From Hypanus sabinus (lineage: Eukaryota): DNA of 64,000 nt. The stretch spans positions 84,568,001 through 84,632,000 of the forward strand of contig NC_082719.1 in NCBI RefSeq assembly GCF_030144855.1, read 5' to 3'. The notes below the pieces were generated by a model. It was given only the letters and a program-made list of their open reading frames with translations. It made no database searches and was not told where the DNA came from. Below are positions 24,966 through 38,790 of this stretch, piece after piece. Both the position numbers and the translations under genes were made by a program. How positions within the stretch are numbered: the first letter of the stretch is position 1; each line of letters begins with the position of its first letter.

Positions 24966-25482
24966 GCTGTTTGTTTGTTCGTTATGTGCCATGTCATATG
25001 ATGTGCGATCGTGGTCTTGGCAGTGATCGTTCTTGGCAAATTTTTCTCCAGGAGTGGTTTGCCATTGCCTTCTTCTGGACAGTGGCTTTACAATTTTGGT
25101 TATTCCAACCATTATCAATACTCTTCAGAGATTGCCTGCCTGGCATCAGTGGTTGCATAACCAGGACTGCTCCCATGTTTTCACATGACCCTGATTGAGG
25201 AGGGCTATGCAAGTACTACACCTTGCCCAAGGGTTACCTTCAGGCTAGTAGAGGGAAGGCATTTCCTACTCCTCCTTTGGTAGAGATGTATCTCCACTGC
25301 ATCACTCCACTGAAGTTATTATATATACTTACTGCTTTAGAATAATGCATAGAAAATGTCTTTATATAAAAGATATTTAAAATTTTGCTCTTTTTTGCAT
25401 TTCTAAATGGGTCGAGCTTGCCATTTGTTGCAAGCATAGATAATATTGTGAATTTTTAAATTATTTTGACTTAACATTCTAG

Positions 25483-25575
25483 GACGATATTGGGCTGAAG
25501 TGTCTGACACGGTTATTTCAGGAACTTTTCAACAATGGAAAGAAGGGACAACCAAAAGTGAAATATTTTACCCAG
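25483..25575 (+). CDS. SIGMAR1: SIGMAR1 exon 3
   Basis: 93 bp, ttctag|GA CGA TAT...CCA G|gttagt; [31 protein letters not shown]. Confidence 0.96.
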
Positions 25576-26614
25576 GTTAGTTTGTATACTTTGTTTTTGT
25601 AGATATTGATAAATGTGGAATCCCACCTTTTATTCTCTGTATGACCTTTGTTTTATTTACTAGCATGAACATATTCCTACAAGTTTCTACCTGTGCTCTA
25701 TCACCATTGTCAGTGCCGTGCTGAGATAATGGATTAACCTGAATTTAATGTAGTAGAGTTGAGGTCAAGACAGACTAAATTGTAGACTATCGTCTAAGCG
25801 TTACTATTCTATAATTACTTTTGATTGTGTTAAATTAAAAAAGAAAATTATAGGTGTGTCTGGTCTCCAGGGACTGCTGAGGAGGAGGGTAGGTGTTCAA
25901 GGAATAGGTGTGCTAATCAGAAGATTGGATATTGTGATTTTAAAGGCGTACTGATCACTGTCGTATTCATTTTAATTGATCGAGAATTGTATGTTACAGA
26001 AGTGGGTCATTTTGTGCATGGTTCTGCACATTGCAGAAAGCTGTCCAGTTAGTAGTCAAACACAATTCCTTCTCACCTACTTGCATGGTACTACCTGCCT
26101 GCCATCTTGCATCCCTCCTCATTCCATCATCCACCTTGGAATCCTTTCTTACCACTCCTTTTCTCTCTTACTGATCATCATGCCTCTCCACTCTGTCTTG
26201 ATGCAGGGTTTCAACCCAGGTGGTCAACAATTCCTTTCCTCCCACAAGTGTTGCTTTTGGTCCATCCACCCCCTCCCCATATGTGTTAATCTCATCTTCC
26301 CCATCTTCTAGCACTTGACTCATTGCATTCTCTTTCTAGCCAAATTAAGTATTGTTCTCAACCTGGGATCCATGAACCCTTGGCATAAAAAAAGGTTGGG
26401 AACCCCTGGTCTAGAGACTTAAAAGCTGTCAACAACTCTACTTCTACTACTCTCTTCAGCAGTGTATTCCATTACCACATCAACCTAATCATGGCTGATG
26501 AGTACTTGGATTACATTGTCCATTAATGGTACAACATTCATAGTCCTCTTGTGTCACTTATATAAGCCACAAAGAATTGGAGTAGGTGGTTGGGGCGGGG
26601 GGGGGGGGGGAAGT

Positions 26615-27200
26615 ATCTTAAAGAAGGCAAAGCAGCGGCTATATTTCATTAGGAGCTTGAAGGTATTTTGTTTGTCACCTAAAATGTTCAAACTTCTACA
26701 GATGTACCATGGAGAGCACTGACAGGCTGTCTCACCATGTGGTACGGGGTTATGGGGGGTGGGGGGGGGAATGCTAGTGTACAGGATTGAAAGAAGCTAG
26801 ACAAACTAGCAAAATTTGTCAGCTCCATAGTGGGTACTGTCCTCTAATATCCCAAGACATCTTCAAGGAGCGGTGCCTCAGAAAGCAAAAGTCCGTTATC
26901 ATTATTAAAGATCCCCATCGCCCAGGGCATGCCCTCTTCTCATTTTTACTACTGTTGGGACGGACGTACAGAAACTCTCAGACATTCAGGAATAGCTTCT
27001 CCTCCTCTCCAAATCATTTCTAAATGGACATTGAACACTCACATTTTTTATTATTTGTGTTTTTGCACTATTTTTAATTTAACTATTTAATATGCATATA
27101 TGTTTACAGTAATTTACTTATTTATCATGTATTGCATTGTACTGCTGCTGCTAAGTTAATAGATTTCACAACATATGCTGGTGATATTAAATCTAATTCT
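26615..27200 (+). mobile_element. Rex1/Babar-like LINE 3' fragment
   Basis: KKAKQRLYFIRSLK and IKDPHRPGHALFS remnants. Confidence 0.7.
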
Positions 27201-28107
27201 GTATTGTTTGTTTTCCAAAATATCTAAAGTTTTTCACAAGTTTGTTTCACTCAGCACTGCATAACAGAGATAATCACTTACCAACAAGCTGTCTCCTTAA
27301 TGCAGAGCTGATATATTTTTTCTTTGTACCCTAGAACTGAGTTCATGTGACTATATCACAATATGCGTATTTCACATGAAACTAATATTTTAACTGAATT
27401 AAAATAAAATGGTAAGATTGTTCTTGAAGTCTGCAGGATTATTGATAAAATCCCACAGACTTCTGCAGGATGAGTAAGCCAATTATCATCCTCATTGTGT
27501 ACTGCCAACCAAGATATCTGTTTTAAATATGATACAAATTATTCGCAGCCTGGCCACTTCCAAGATTTTGGTGTCTATTTATTAAATTATAGCTAATTTA
27601 TAGCAAAAAGCTGAAACAGTTAATTCCAGACTGGACAACCTATTTATACCAGGCACTAATAATCATGTGGATGAGTTTAAATGTCAGCATGAAAACTTAC
27701 TTTAATTATAAAATTCTATTTGAAATGAGCAACCTAGAAGCTGTTTTTATTAAAAGACCTGTCCTCTTTACATCATGAACTTGGCTTTCATGTGATTCCA
27801 GTTGTTCAACTGCTTGTGCAGATACCATCCTGTACATACAAAAACAGTAGCCATTGCTGCCACCTCAAGACAATTGGAGTCCTGAGAAGGTGGCATTGTA
27901 GAAAATGCAAGTCAAAGTAGACCTGTTAATTGTTCACGTGCCATGAATAATCCAGAGTCTCAGCAGCAATTAACTGTTGTAAAGGTTTACTAATTTTTTG
28001 TTTTGAATGGAGGATCATCTGAATTCCAATTGTTTGAGTGCTTGGTTTACAGACTAGTTTGGTGTTTTTTTAAAAAACAACTCATGAAGTATAATTTGTC
28101 CCCACAG

Positions 28108-28337
28108 GTGACATGATAGTCCATTCTGTTGGTGAAGCCACAGCTGTCCGCTGGAGTGCGGGGACTTGGATGGTAGAATATGGCCGAGGCTTTATTCCAT
28201 CTATGTTGGGGTTTGCACTATCAGATACAATCTTCAGCACACTGGATTTTGTTACTCTCTATTATACATTATCAGTCTACATAAAAGCACTCATTCTAGA
28301 AGCCAATACATACCTCATTGGAGCTGGCATCTTTTGA
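28108..28337 (+). CDS. SIGMAR1: SIGMAR1 exon 4 (to stop)
   Basis: ccacag|GT GAC...TGA; [32 protein letters not shown]...; the ligand-binding Glu in MVEYGRG is kept. Spliced CDS 663 bp = 220 aa. Confidence 0.97.
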
Positions 28338-29359
28338 AGCTCAGTGAAGACTTATTTGTAATTTTAAACATTACACGTGTCTGTTTGATGTCAATTTACA
28401 TTACTTAATGGGGCTGAAAATTGTATCCATGCCATCAGTCCTGAAAACTTTACATTTATATAATGCAAGTTTTGCAAACACCAACTTTTTTCTTTACTGA
28501 AGATCGTCACTTCAAGTACTGTTGAAAAAACAAAACTTCACTTTTGAGTTTTTACATAATATTTCTTGTTGGGCACAGTCAATTTAAACATTAATGATTG
28601 ATTAAATCTATTGGAATCAACTTGGAAGGTAAATTGAGAAATCAGGACTTTGAACATGATTATTGTCCCTCTTCAAATTACCATGTTTTAGTATGATATT
28701 ACTTTGATCTGAACCTGTTGGTTGAAGACCACCTTCTTACTTTTATAATTTTTGAATCAGATATGCACACATGTATAACCAGACTCTTAATGCAGCCTAA
28801 TTAGTTACAATTGTTGTGCAAATGGACCTTGTACAACTTCGTTGTTCATCATTATTCCTGATCCTGAAAGTCCAATTTTTGATGCACATGTTCATCAAAA
28901 TGGTGTGATGTATAATGAGAACCACATTGAATATATAATCGCTAAAAGTCAGGTGTAATTTGACTGCAGGCAACCTGAAAGACTTTTTTTTTGAATTTTG
29001 GGAATTGTGCAAATAGGCATTTTTCTTATTCACTTTCTATTGGCAGCCAGTGACATCCCAGATTAGTAATCTGATGTTCACTGGGTGACTATCTCTACCA
29101 TCTCCTCAAGTCTTAATCAAGGCTGCTGTATTGGTTGATGTTTATGGCTGAATTCCTGGTTCAATCAACTTGTCAGTTTGGTCAGCAGAAGTCATGAGAA
29201 TGTGCTTCTTAAGCACGTCATCCTTGCATCTGCTGCTGCTACTGGTTCTAGACAGCCCGGTCACTTGCTTAGTTATGTTTGCATCAGAGAGGAAGAATTG
29301 TATTTCTCACTGAATGCTGGTAAAAAAGGAACGTAAAAATCATGCAAACATTAAATAAA

Positions 29360-29570
29360 AACAGAAAATGCTGGAAGTAATCAGCAAATCAAAATTTACA
29401 TGTGGAATGGAAAAACGAGAAAGAATATGTGGAACATTTCAAATCAGAGCCTTCATCATAACATTCCTAAAAAGGGCCTCTGATCTGAAACTAAGTCTTC
29501 TTCACAGCTTTATGTTGGGTATTTCCCGCATTTTTTTTTGAATTCCAGATTTCCAGCATCTGCAGTTTGG
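29360..29570. repeat. Old Penelope-type pLTR fold-back downstream of the SIGMAR1 stop
   Basis: aaatgctgga...tttcaaatcagagccct / agggcctctgatctgaaa...ttccagcatctgcag. Confidence 0.55.
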
Positions 29571-32500
29571 ATTTTCATTTACAAGAAAGATCCAGCTTTG
29601 GTCATGGTGCTAATGATTGTATTTTACTTAATTTAAAATTTACTCCTAATTTTCTTTGTGGATTTGTTTTCTGCCAGCAGTAAAAGGGTGAAGATATTGT
29701 TCCTTGTGTAGAGGATGTACATCTGTTAATTTATCTTCAATTGAGGATATCTGTTAGTACTACCAAAAACAATAGCAATTATTTTTACACTTGGCCTGTG
29801 GAAAATCTGGAATGATCATATTTTCATCCCTGGTGGTCCAATGTTGCTTTTAATTTGCACTATCAGAAGTACCATGTCACATGTATTCTTTGCATAAAGT
29901 TGAAAAACCATCCTGTGGAGCTGCCCATTGTTCCACAGTTTTAAAGAATTAGCTAAGAACTTCATACAATTACCATAAATTTTACTTAGTTTTTGACTTG
30001 ATTTGAGGAGATTGGGAGTTGGAAAGCCTTTTTTATAACTAGATTTAAAATCTTAGAATAAAATCCTTGTTTTAAAAGATTGCCTCCACGATTATACATC
30101 TGTTTGATTTACTACACAACTATTGGTTGTATTTGAAAGGGTTCACTGATAAAAGTGTAAATGGAGAATCAGATTTCCCAAATGGATCCTTTACTTCATG
30201 CTTTTTAAGTAAAAGGAGTGTGTCTTGCAGAGGAGATCTTTTTCACGGAATAAATACTACATTTTACATTTCCTTTTTGTTTTGTATTTTTTTTCTAGTC
30301 TTTGAAGGAAACCACTAACATATACAAAATGCACCGTGCTGTTTTTTTTTAAAAAAAAACACTTCCTTGCAGTACAATATATCTAGTGAGCTCCTGTCAA
30401 GATTTGGAATGTGTTTAATGATCCATGTATTTTGAAGCAAAGTACTCTTTTTACTGGTGTAGATTCTGGCTATTAATTCAACATATTAATATGAATCTAG
30501 ATGCACCTTTTAAAAGCTAGCTAAGCATAGCCAGTTGTTTTTTGATCTTTGTGTTATTGTAACCAACTACTGTTAAATCTGCCTTGGTTAAATGGGTAGA
30601 TGGGAAAAACATATCAAAAAGAGAAATAAGTTGTATTAAGTGGTTTATGTGTTCAAATTCACCTTGTGGAAATCTGCAAAACTTCTGTCTAAGATGTGTT
30701 ACTTCTGGTTTAGGGTCAGTGAAAAGAATAATATAATTTTGTTTGTGGAAGTAGAAAATAAGTCTATATGATTGTAGATTTAGTTTTAAGTTGGATGTCT
30801 CAGTTTTGAAGATGTGCGTGCGTGTGCACAATCTACATCTGGTTAGCAAAGTGACTTAAACTGTACAAATTAACTGTAAAAGTAGTTACGACTACCTTTT
30901 ACTGAAATCAAAAGCTATTCTCAGAAATTTAAGGAAGTTATTATTAGGCTCGACCTCCCCAGGTTTTTGGTCAGGCTCAATGGCTTCTGCTTATTGTTAC
31001 TCATCCTGAAAGAGGTATTATCCCAATATTAAATTGTCTCTGTTCCAATAAGCACTTGATTCAGTTTTATATTTCTTCTAATTTGTTTCGCATTAATGCT
31101 AATTTCAGTTGTTCTTTTGACACAGAGGTTCCATTTTGAAGTTGTGCAGGATTGGTACACGCATTAGTGTCTGATCAAGAAACCAACTCTCATTCTGAGA
31201 TCTGGCGAGATACTGTTGTAGAAGCTTCCTCTATGTTCAAATGTTCAGTACTGCATAATGCTACTGCAACTCCAATGACTGTATTGAAGCTAATGGAACT
31301 GAATTTTGGAAGGAGTACCTAACGATTTTATTTACCACATGCAACTAGGAGCAAAGTTGTATATATGTACATCCTTTGCTTTACTCTATTTGGACACCGA
31401 TTCTGATTTTACCCTGAACCAGTTGAGAATCATTGACTCATTAGCTGGTAGGGGTAGGAGTTTGGTCTTGAGGTGACTGGCAGTTAAATTTCCAACTATC
31501 CCCAACATTTGTGATTGATAAATAGTTGCAGAAAGAACAGGATGAGGGATGGAAGGAAGCTTGGAATGGATTTTAAGTTGTTATTAAATCTCTTTGCCTC
31601 TGGTCCTTAATCTGGTTCCTGACAAATTCGGTCATTGGCGAGATCATCACAACTCCCCTGGCCCTGTCTGATTAAGGAGAATGCCAGTTTGGTATGATAC
31701 AGTCAGACAGATGAGAGCGAGAAAAGAGGAGGCAAGGTTTCTTGTCCACTATCATTGGTGTGGAGTTAAAGCAAAAACATTTTCTTTCTTAATTAAATGA
31801 TCAGTTGTTAACTGACTGATATTGTTGTTACTAATGACAGTCAGACTTCATGGTCTGAACTAAAGTGATGCTCCCAAGATCATGGAATACTTTGAATGGT
31901 GCAATAGGGGTGTTTAAATCAAGGAATTTCAATGTTAAATATGTAACTTCAACTAAGTGATCACTTTAAGGTGGTAGTGATGGGTTTCTTGGGCCTTTTC
32001 TGTTGTTTTATAATATGGTGGCTGATGCGTTCTTGGCCATGATACCAACTTTACTCTTTTCTGTCTCCATGAGCCCCAGTTCAGAAGCTGGTAAATGTAA
32101 TAAAGTGATGCAGGATTTTGCTTTGGTCTTGTTTATTAATACAGGTAATGGGAGAAGGTATATTTTTTCTTGATATCTTTATTACTGCAAGTATTTTTAT
32201 TGTTCATTAAATATTAGAGGACAAATTAAGTTTAAAGAAAATATTTTTATTCTATTGCCAGTCATTAAGTCATTTCAGTGAAATCTCCAAATTCTGGATT
32301 ACAGCCATTTTACAGGACTATAGTTTCATAGATCATGGTGGGATAATGGCTCTTTAAGTTCCAATAAGTAAGAGGCCTTTGAATCTGACAAAAACAAAAT
32401 CAAGTTTAAAAAAAAATGGGAAGGTCAACAGGCTAGTACTAATTTTCATTTCTAGATAGCTTTTTACAGAATCAATGTAATATTGGAAAAACATTAAATT

Positions 32501-33826
32501 GCTATCATTTCCTTTGTCCCCTAGTCATTGATGAATATTAAAATTTGTATGCTGAGTTTTGCATTATTAATTACAAGCTACGGTTAAATTGTACAGAAAA
32601 ACTAAATCATGAAGATGGAAACCAATGGAAGTTCTAAAACAACTAATTATTTTCCATTTATTTGAGTAAGAATCATGGTGATAATTCTACCAGGAATAGC
32701 TACAAAATAATTTATTCATGGAAAAAATATTTTGGAACATTTTGTGTACTGCAGCTGTAAATTTGCCTTGGTTTGCATCTTTAGTATCTTCAAATACAGT
32801 TTAATATTGTGCATTTGAATGTGGACACTGAAACAGACTGGCACCTTGCTGCAGAACTTAAAAAGCATAGATGTCAGATTATAATGAATTGGACCTTCAG
32901 GAATTCCACATTGATCTTCCATTTAGCATTCCATTTAGATTTTTAAAAGATACAGTTTTCAAAGTTAAATTATTCTGCTTTTTAAAGTGGCATTAAGGAA
33001 TTCAGTACCATGAGGTTATACAATCTGCTTTGAATGAGTTTGCAACTAATAAGTTGTCATTCCTAAAGTTAATCCAGAGCCCAATAATGTTATGTTTTTA
33101 AATTTTCCATGTGGAAATGTTTGTAAAGAATGCAAAAATGAAAAGTTTACATGATACAAGAGTAACATTCTTTATGTTATGTTAATTGAATTAGTGCTTT
33201 AATGAACCCAAAATGCTCTGGTTTGAAGCTTTAATGATGTTCTCCATAAAAGAAAATTAACTGTGCTGAGACGGTGTTTTGTCAATTATTTATGGAAGTA
33301 TCACCAAGGGCCTTATGAAATATAAAGTATATCCTAGTCTATTTGAAAGTGTCACAGATTAGTAAACTGTAAACCATTTGTCTTGCAAAATTAAACAATT
33401 TGTGTATTTTATGGGAATGAACATAAAAATAAAAATAGATCTGCTTCAAGTCGTTCATTCCTTTTCTTTGATTTTTTTTGTCTTAGCTGAAGCAATGTTT
33501 GTAGAATAAAGTCTTGATTGAACCACTGACCAGAAGCTTTTCTATTTCAGTACTGCTTTCATTTTGGTTAGCATGCAACAACTTAAAGCTGCTGATCAAT
33601 TGGTACCATCTTCCATACAAGACAATGCTACACCAGATCGTTAGCTGGGAGACCTAATTGTTAGAAGGATTTAATACATAGACTTAACCCATTTCATTGA
33701 AATGTTTCCACACCAGTGGGCTAACTTTCAGGTACTCGTGCTCTCTAGTTATTGTTATTTATTTATATTCACATTTGCACACTGTGGTCTTTTGCACTCT
33801 AGTTGAATGACCTAGTTGGGTGGCCT

Positions 33827-34061
33827 TATGGCGACCCATTTCCTGGCACATCCGAACCGGCTCACAATTAGCCAGCTTTCCGGCTAAGGGAGATAGCCTA
33901 CAGGGGTTTGCGAGCACAGAGCTTTGGAGCCTCTGCGCCACGAGGGGCAGGTTGAGGGAGGCTTAAAAGTGAGGCTGAGGATTTCGAATAAAGTTTTTCC
34001 TTCGACTGCAGTTACCGACTCCGTGTCGTAATTTTAGCGCTGCATGTAGCACACCGCTACA
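33827..34061 (+). mobile_element. Short (235-bp) solo LTR
   Basis: Ends TATGGCG / CGCTACA; perfect 4-bp TSD GCCT; AATAAA at 33987; CpG-rich. Confidence 0.85.
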
Positions 34062-35499
34062 GCCTTTCATTTATTCTGCTATAGTTACTAGTCTATAAAT
34101 TGACTATGGCTACAAGAAAATGAATGGGGGGGCGGTGTATATGATGGCTTGTACTTTGATAATAAAATTTACTTTGAACTTTGTCCTAGAGTAAGTCAGT
34201 TTGAAATTGTGGAAGATTGAAGTTGATAGCTGACTATTTAGTGAGATTATTAATGGGTATGAAACTAAGGCAGGTAGGTAAAGCTTAAATTAGAGGCTGA
34301 GTAGTGATGATACAATAAAATTGCAGAACAAATACCAGGAAGTATGGCTTTATCCTATCACCATAAACTTAAAATTACCTTAAATTGATCTCAATAATAC
34401 TTAACAAAGAGATACTCAAGAAACTATTTATTAAACAAATAATCTGCTGTAGGAACTCAAGTGTCGCGAGCAACATTGGTCCGAGGGTGGAGAGCAGTTT
34501 CCTTTCTTCGCAGATGCTGCTTGACTTATTCAGCTGACCCAGGAAACTAGTGCTCCAGTCTTGTGTCTCCGAACAATTTAGCCAGTCAACTTTTGAAGTG
34601 AAGATAATTTGCGGCAGTACCATTTGGTTAGGAGGGAGACACCGTGGAGCCCTTGGAGCTATAGGATACATGATACCTTCTATATTAAGCGACAACTGAA
34701 GCATTCGAACAGCCAGTTAGGAGGCCTTGATTGTGGTCGTTGAGTTTAAACATCTGGCTGTCCGCCTGCTCACTTGTACATGATATAAATTGTTAGTTTG
34801 CTTTACAACTCTCAACTCAAAATTCTTAATTCTCTAGCCCTAAAACTCCGAACAAAATGCTCAGATAACAGAGAAAGGTACAGAAACCTGAAGATCCACA
34901 CTCGACGATTTCAGGAACAGCTTCTTCCCTCCGTGTCGTCAGATTTCCTAAAGGTCCCTGAAAATTGCATCGGTGTTCTTTTCCCGTTTGCGCTATTTAT
35001 TTTGTAATTCATAGTGATTTAATGTCTTTGTACTGCACTACTGCCGCAAGATAAGACTGATAATGACCCTGATTTTGATTATACAGATGCTGCCTTAAGA
35101 CATCGATGTTACTGTAATTGAAGAAAATCAAAGCACTGGACGAATTCCGTGGGGATGAGGCAGAAAAGGACAGTGGGCGTCTCGGGTCAAGACCCTTCAT
35201 TAGGACTGCCTAACCCACTGAGTTGGTCCTGCACTTCCTGCAGATTTCAACATTGGCAGGCTCGTGTCTAACCGAACAACCCGGTTATTTTGACTGGTGG
35301 TTAATTTAATGCTTGAGATGAATCAAACTTGTTTACTAAGTGCAGCTGTATTGAAAGATGATTAGATAATCTGCCGTTTGGGAACAAAAATGATACCTCA
35401 TAGATTGAGGGGGGAAGTTTGGACAGATTTCACCTCTTGATATCATTAACTGTTTTTCTAGCGTTTCATGTTGATTTCTGGTTGGTTGGCTCTGCTGTC

Positions 35500-35625
35500 A
35501 ATTAAATAATACGGCGGGACTTTCCTAAGTAGCAGACCACTTCCGCATTGAGGCACCGAAGGAGTGATTTCTCCCCCCGAGAAAGGGAACTGATAAGCGC
35601 TTGCGGTTGTTGACCGAGGTGAAGG
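35500..35625 (+). promoter_or_regulatory. Putative promoter/5'UTR of the TRIM-like gene with NF-kB, ETS and IRF/ETS-like motifs
   Basis: GGGACTTTCC at 35516-35525, CACTTCCG at 35538-35545, GAAAGGGAACTGA at 35581-35593; locally CpG-rich. Confidence 0.55.
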
Positions 35626-35802
35626 ATGGAGGCGAGTGCTAGTGCGGCCGCGAAAGAACCGGGGAGGTGCACCGAACATAGTAAGAAGCTGGCGTACTTC
35701 TGCAAACGGGAGAAGCTGAGAGTTTGCAGCAAGTGTGCGATCTTGGGATCGCACCAAGGGCACCCCGTGGTTCCAGTGGCAGAGGCATTAAGTGAGCTGA
35801 AG
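35626..35802 (+). CDS. RING-less TRIM-like protein (B-box/coiled coil/PRY-SPRY), exon 1: B-box type 2
   Basis: MEASASAAAKEPGRCTEHSKKLAYFCKREKLRVCSKCAILGSHQGHPVVPVAEALSELK, pattern C-x2-H-x7-C-x7-C-x2-C-x5-H-x2-H; donor AAG|gtacgg; in-frame TGA two codons before the ATG. Confidence 0.88.
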
Positions 35803-35954
35803 GTACGGAGCGCCTTGAGTTTATTCTGTGCTTTAATCGCGTTCTAAGTACATGAAATACAATGAATGAATGGCGTTGGAAGTGGGATTTATGTGACAGT
35901 GACATTAAATTCCGCCCTGCTGACAGCATTCTTAAAGGGGAAAGGCTCTCTGCA

Positions 35955-38790
35955 GAAAGTAGATGAGCCCAGGGCATGGATCAACACCTGGATTTATGAT
36001 ATTGTAGCCATTAATGAGACTTGGTTGCAGGAGGGGCAGGATTGGCAGCTGAGTATCCCGGGGTTCTGTTGATTTGGACGTGTTAGAGCTGGAGGGATTG
36101 AAGGAGGGGGGTGGCATTACTAGTCAGGGATAACGTCATGGCAGTGCTCCGTCAAGACAGACAGGATAACATCTCTAGTGAGGCATTATGGGTGGGACTG
36201 AGCAATAAGAAAGGTATGACCACGTTAATGGGGCTATATTGCAGACCACCAACAATCCAAGGGATTTAGAGGAATAAATTTGCAGAGTTGCCATAAGGTT
36301 ATTACAATAGGTGATTTTAACTTTCCACATACTGTATTGACTAGGACTCCCATAGTGTGAAAGGACTAAATGGGATAGAGTTTGTCAAATGCGTTCACGA
36401 AAGTTTCCTTAATCAGTACGTGGAAGTCCCAAGGTGAGAGTGTGCAATAATTTGCTATTTGGGACTGAGACAGGGCAGATATAAATTTGGTTAGGGGAAC
36501 GCTTTGCATCTGGTAATCACAATGCTGTTAGTTTCAAAATATGCAAAAAAAGGTCTAGTCTGCCAGTTGAGATTCTAAATTGGAGATATAATTTTGAAGG
36601 TATCAGAAATGACCTGGCAAGTGTGAATTAGGTTGGGCTGTTTTCTAGCAAAGGTGTACTTAGTAAGTGAAAGGCCTTCAAAAGAGAAATTTTGAGAGTA
36701 CAATTTTGCCAGCCAGATTAAAGAGTAACAATTACAAGTGTGGGGAATCTTGGTTTTCAAGGGACATAAGGGACATTGAGACCCTGGTTAAGAAAAAAAG
36801 AAGTGCATAGCAGGCATAGGCAGTAGGAACAAATGAGATGCTTATGGAGTGCAAGAAGTGCATGAGAACATTTTAAAAAAGAAATCAGAAGAGCTCAAGG
36901 CATGAAGTTGCCCCTGCAGATAAGGTGAAAGAGAATCCTAAGAGATTCTACAGATATGTTAAGAACAAAAGAATTGCAAGGGACAAAATTGGTCCCCCGG
37001 AAGATCAGAATTGGAATCCATGTGTAGAGCCTAAACAGATGGGGGAGGTCTTATAAATGCTTTTTTTCCCCCCATCCTTACTTACTCTGAGTTCATAGAA
37101 GTGAGGCAAAGCAGCATCAACTTCATAGACCCCATACAGATTACAGAGGAGGAGGTGTTTGCAGTCATGAGGCAAATCAGGGTGGCTAAATTCCCAGAGC
37201 CTGACAAGGCGGTCCCTCAGATTTGACGGGAGGCCGAGGCCTTAGCAGAGATAATTAATCTTTCTTAGCAACAGGAGAAGTACCAGAAGATTGGTTAGAT
37301 GATGTTATTCCACTGATTAAGAAAGGCTGTAAGCATAAACCAGGAAATTACAGCCCTGTAGAGTTTTGGGAAAGTTAAGGGATGGGATGTTTAATTATTT
37401 GGATAGATGTGGACTGATTAAGGATAGTCAGCATGGTTTCATGCATGGCCGGTCACGTCTAACTGATCTCAGAGTTTTTTTTTGAGTAAATTACCACGAA
37501 AATGGATGAAAGCAAGACAATGAATGTTGTCTGCATGGATTTCAGCAAGGCATTTGATAGGGTACCGCATGGGAGGTTGGTGAAGAAGATTCAGTCACTC
37601 AGCATTCAAGTTCAGTTAGTAAACTGGATTAGCTGTTGGCTTTATGAGAGAAGCTAGAGAGTGGTAGTAGATGGTTGCCTCACTGACTGGAGGCCTGTGA
37701 CTCATGGAGCACTGCAGGGATTGGTGCTGGATCCATTGGTGTTTGTCATCTATATCAACAATGTGAATGATAATGTGGTTAACTAGATCAGCACATTTGC
37801 AGATGATACAAAGATTGGGGATGCAGTGGTCAGTGAGGAAGGCTATTATAGCTTGCAGAGGGATCTGGATCATCTGGGAAAATGGGTTGAAAAAGTGGCA
37901 GATAGAATTTAATGTAGAGAAATGTGAGGTGTTACACTCCAATAGGACTAACCAAGGTGGGTCTTACACAGTGAACCGTAGGACACTGAGGAGTGTTATT
38001 TAACAAAGGAATCTGGGAATACAGGTCCATAATTCATTGAAAGTGGTGTCACAGGTAAATAGGATTATAAAGAGCTTTTGGCACATGGACCTTCATAAAT
38101 CAAAGTATTGAGAACAGAAGAATGGATGAAGTTATGTTGAAGTTGTATAAGATGTTGGTAAAGCCTAATTTGGAGTATTGTGTGCAGTTTTAGTCAACTA
38201 CTTACAGGAAAGCTGTAAATAAAGTTGAAAGAATACAGAGAAAATTTACAGTCATGTTGCTGGATCTGGAGGACCTGAGTTATAAGGAAAGATTGAATCA
38301 GTTAGGACTTTACTCCTTAGGATGTAGAAGATTAAGAGGAGATTTGATAGTTTTCAAAATTATTAAGGGGTGTAGATAGGGTATACGAAAGCAGGCTTTT
38401 TCCACTGATGTTCGGTGGGACTACAGCTGGAGGTTATGCATTTAGGGTGAAAAGTTTAAGGGGAAACAACAGAAAATCTGCAGATGTGAAAATCTAGCAA
38501 AATACTGGAGGAACTCAGCAGGCCATGTAGCATCTATGGGGGATAAAAGTACAGTCTACGTTTCAGGCCAAAACCCTTTGGCAGGACTAGGTTTAAGGGG
38601 ATGTGAGGGGAAACCTCTTCACTCAGAGTGTGGAATGAGTTGCCAGCATGTGACTCATGCAAGCTCGATTTCAACGTTTAGGCGAAGATTGGATAGATAC
38701 ATTGATGGTAGAGATATGGAGGGCTATGGTCATGGGAATAGGCAGCTTAAATAGTTTCAGCATGGATCAGATGGGCTGCACTTTTCTATG
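35955..38790 (+). mobile_element. CR1 LINE ORF2 relic (endonuclease, RT, 3' tail) in TRIM intron 1, with a pLTR insert at about 38465-38590
   Basis: YDIVAINETWLQEGQDWQL, DFSKAFD, FADDTK, WQIEFNVEKCEVLH; many stops and frameshifts. Confidence 0.9.
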
